This document shows positions 62,259 to 64,000 of a DNA stretch of 64,000 bases, in pieces. Under the pieces are notes generated by a model, which had not been told where the DNA came from, ran no database searches, and saw only the letters and a program-made list of their open reading frames with translations. The stretch lies in the NCBI GenBank assembly GCA_965204865.1, contig OZ242027.1, positions 3,011,986-3,075,985 of the forward strand. Reading direction: 5' to 3'. The DNA is from Dehalococcoidia bacterium (GTDB lineage: Bacteria; Chloroflexota; Dehalococcoidia; Lucifugimonadales; UBA3495). How positions within the stretch are numbered: the stretch's first letter is position 1; the number at the start of each line of letters is the position of its first letter. The position numbers and the translations under genes are program-made.

Positions 62259-64000
62259 TTACTGGGTGATGAGGTTGCGGTAGGGTCGCGTCGCCAGGTT
62301 CCAGCTATCGGCGTTGCGGTCGTAGCGGGAGTTGACGAAGACGCGCCAGTTGACGTCGTCCAGGTCCGGGAAGTCGGAGCGGTAGTAGTAGCCAGGCCAG
62401 CGGGTCTCCTCGCGGTAGAGCAGGTGGCGCAGGTGGGCCTCTCCGACCCAGGCGCGATGCACCACCTCCCAGCAGCGCATTAACTCATGGGGTGAACGGG
62501 CCGCCAGGTGTGTCAGGTCCTCGCGCAGCATCTCGATCAGGGCGATGCCGCGCTCCAGGGTCGGGCGGTTGGTGGTGTACCAGGCGGATGCGCCGGCGCC
62601 GTACTCGTCCATGATTTTTTGCAACCGGACCAAGCCCTGCTTCGGGGTCAGGTAGTTGGGATTGATTTCCTCGGCGGTGGTTGCTCCCTTGTGCCGGTCA
62701 TAGGTGGTCAGCGGGGCAAGTATCCTGGCCTGCATCCCCTGCACCTGGTCGCCGGACACCGTGGGGCGGCCGGGGTTGTCGGTCAGGTAGTTGACGGCGG
62801 CCTTGGCGGCGATGCGGCCCTCGGTGAAGGAGCCGGAGGAGAACTTGTGGGGGGCGGCGCCCACGCCGTCGCCGGCGGCGAACAGGCCGCGGATGGTGGT
62901 CATGCGGTTGTAGCCCCAGAAGTAGTCGTCGGAGGCGATGTCCTCCGGGCCGCTGACCCATGCGCCGGCCTCGCCGGAGTGGGAACCCATGATGTAGGGT
63001 TCGGCCAGCACTACCTCGGATGGCGTTTCCTCGGGCGCGATGTTCTGGGCGGCCCAGGTGAGGGCCTGGGAGATGGTCATGTCGAGGAAGTCTTCCCAGG
63101 CCTCGTTGCGGACCTGCTCCATCTTGTCGGGGTCAATGGTGCCGTCTGGACCGGCGGAGAGGGCCTGCATGGCCTGGTCGGTGCGCATATACATCGGGCC
63201 GTAGCCGTCGCGGACGTCGAGGAACATCTGGTGGTTGCGGAGCGGCGTTGGCGTGGGGATGGCCGAGCCGTAGGGCTCGTACTTGTCCAGCTCGGCGGCG
63301 CGGGTGACGGTGTAGTCGTCGCCCAGCGCGTTGAGCACCTTGGCGTGGAAGTACTGGAACCACATTCCCACCGGGCCGTAGCCGTCCTTGAAGCGGGTGG
63401 GGACGAAGCGGTGCTCCATCTGGGTCATCTCGACCCCGGCGGGAATCATCAGGCCATAGGCCGAGCCGGTGGCGAAGACGGAGTACCAGGTGCGGCCCAG
63501 GCCCTCGCTGACGGAGCGGGGGCGGAAGACGTTGGACGCGCCGCCAGTGGTGATGATTACCACCGGCGAGCGGAAGACGTAGAACTTGTTGTCGCGCACC
63601 GAGAATCCTGCGGCGCCGGCAATCTTGCCGGGGTCTTCGTCGTCGGTGAGCAGGTGGGTGATGGCGATGCGCTCGTAGATGTTCTCATCGCCGAGGGCGG
63701 TGCGGGCAGGCTCGGCGGCGATGGGCTTGATGGACTCGCCGTGAATGGGAATCTGCCAGCGGCCGATGCGCTCGTACTGGCCGTTTTCCTGCTTCCAGAT
63801 GGGCAGGCCCCATTCTTCCAGCAGGTGGACGGAGTTGTCCACGTGGCGGCCCACGTCGTATACGAGGTCTTCGCGGGCCAGGCCCATCATGTCGTTGACG
63901 ACGTAGTTGACGAAGTCCTCGGGGGTGTTCCAGCCGTAACGCTGGCCCATGTAGCAGTTGATGGCCGAGAGGCCCTCGCCGGTGGCGCCGCTGCGCTCGA
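62259..64000 (-). CDS. aprA: Adenylylsulfate (APS) reductase alpha subunit-like flavoprotein, N-terminus outside window
   Basis: The frame stays open to the window edge (...GEGLSAINCYMGQRYGW...). Fumarate-reductase-family flavoprotein with an AprA-like C-terminus (EETRWPGYYYRSDFPDLDD). Confidence 0.7.
   Translation of the reverse strand, partial: ERSGATGEGLSAINCYMGQRYGWNTPEDFVNYVVNDMMGLAREDLVYDVGRHVDNSVHLLEEWGLPIWKQENGQYERIGRWQIPIHGESIKPIAAEPARTALGDENIYERIAITHLLTDDEDPGKIAGAAGFSVRDNKFYVFRSPVVIITTGGASNVFRPRSVSEGLGRTWYSVFATGSAYGLMIPAGVEMTQMEHRFVPTRFKDGYGPVGMWFQYFHAKVLNALGDDYTVTRAAELDKYEPYGSAIPTPTPLRNHQMFLDVRDGYGPMYMRTDQAMQALSAGPDGTIDPDKMEQVRNEAWEDFLDMTISQALTWAAQNIAPEETPSEVVLAEPYIMGSHSGEAGAWVSGPEDIASDDYFWGYNRMTTIRGLFAAGDGVGAAPHKFSSGSFTEGRIAAKAAVNYLTDNPGRPTVSGDQVQGMQARILAPLTTYDRHKGATTAEEINPNYLTPKQGLVRLQKIMDEYGAGASAWYTTNRPTLERGIALIEMLREDLTHLAARSPHELMRCWEVVHRAWVGEAHLRHLLYREETRWPGYYYRSDFPDLDDVNWRVFVNSRYDRNADSWNLATRPYRNLITQ

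Overview
High-GC bacterial chromosomal segment. About 60 supportable CDS; I recognised no rRNA, tRNA or CRISPR array. All coordinates and alignments were worked out by hand, and no database search or folding program was run.

Gene content is mostly oxidoreductase, hydrolase and transport functions:
- a TPP enzyme, two GMC oxidoreductases, a P450, an LLM monooxygenase, an ACAD-fold enzyme
- a hydantoinase, amidase, formamidase, type III CoA-transferase, MFS transporter and a DUF1800/DUF1501 pair
- housekeeping genes: hppA, otsA, trpA, aroH, a DAHP synthase and a partial aprA

This mix resembles marine Chloroflexota of the SAR202 type. That is inference from gene content only.

Main observations:
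1. **Selenocysteine recoding.** Three genes have an in-frame TGA exactly where the redox-active Cys of a CxxC motif belongs: two AhpD/CMD-like proteins and one glutaredoxin-DinB fusion. Each TGA is followed by a SECIS-like hairpin. The ORF track splits each gene into fragments.
2. **Halogenase operon.** A flavin-dependent halogenase carries a C-terminal PqqD/RRE-like extension and heads an operon that ends in one of the Sec genes.
3. **Nuclease-fold pair.** Two overlapping PD-(D/E)xK genes of unknown function are wedged between metabolic genes.
4. **Methyltransferase-HNH fusion.** It looks lower in GC than its neighbours and abuts a convergent SbcD-like phosphoesterase with no spacer.
5. **Duplicated 120-aa gene.** Two near-identical inverted copies lie about 27 kb apart and share a related upstream direct-repeat region. 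One copy sits in an islet with a start-less HTH ORF, vapBC and MITE-like elements.
6. **Intergenic repeats.** The window holds a dense mosaic of at least six hairpin repeat modules. One module lies in frame inside a CDS, and two MITE-like copies share an identical stretch of roughly 90 nt.
7. **Possible attenuator.** A leader peptide plus intrinsic terminator lies upstream of the DAHP synthase gene.
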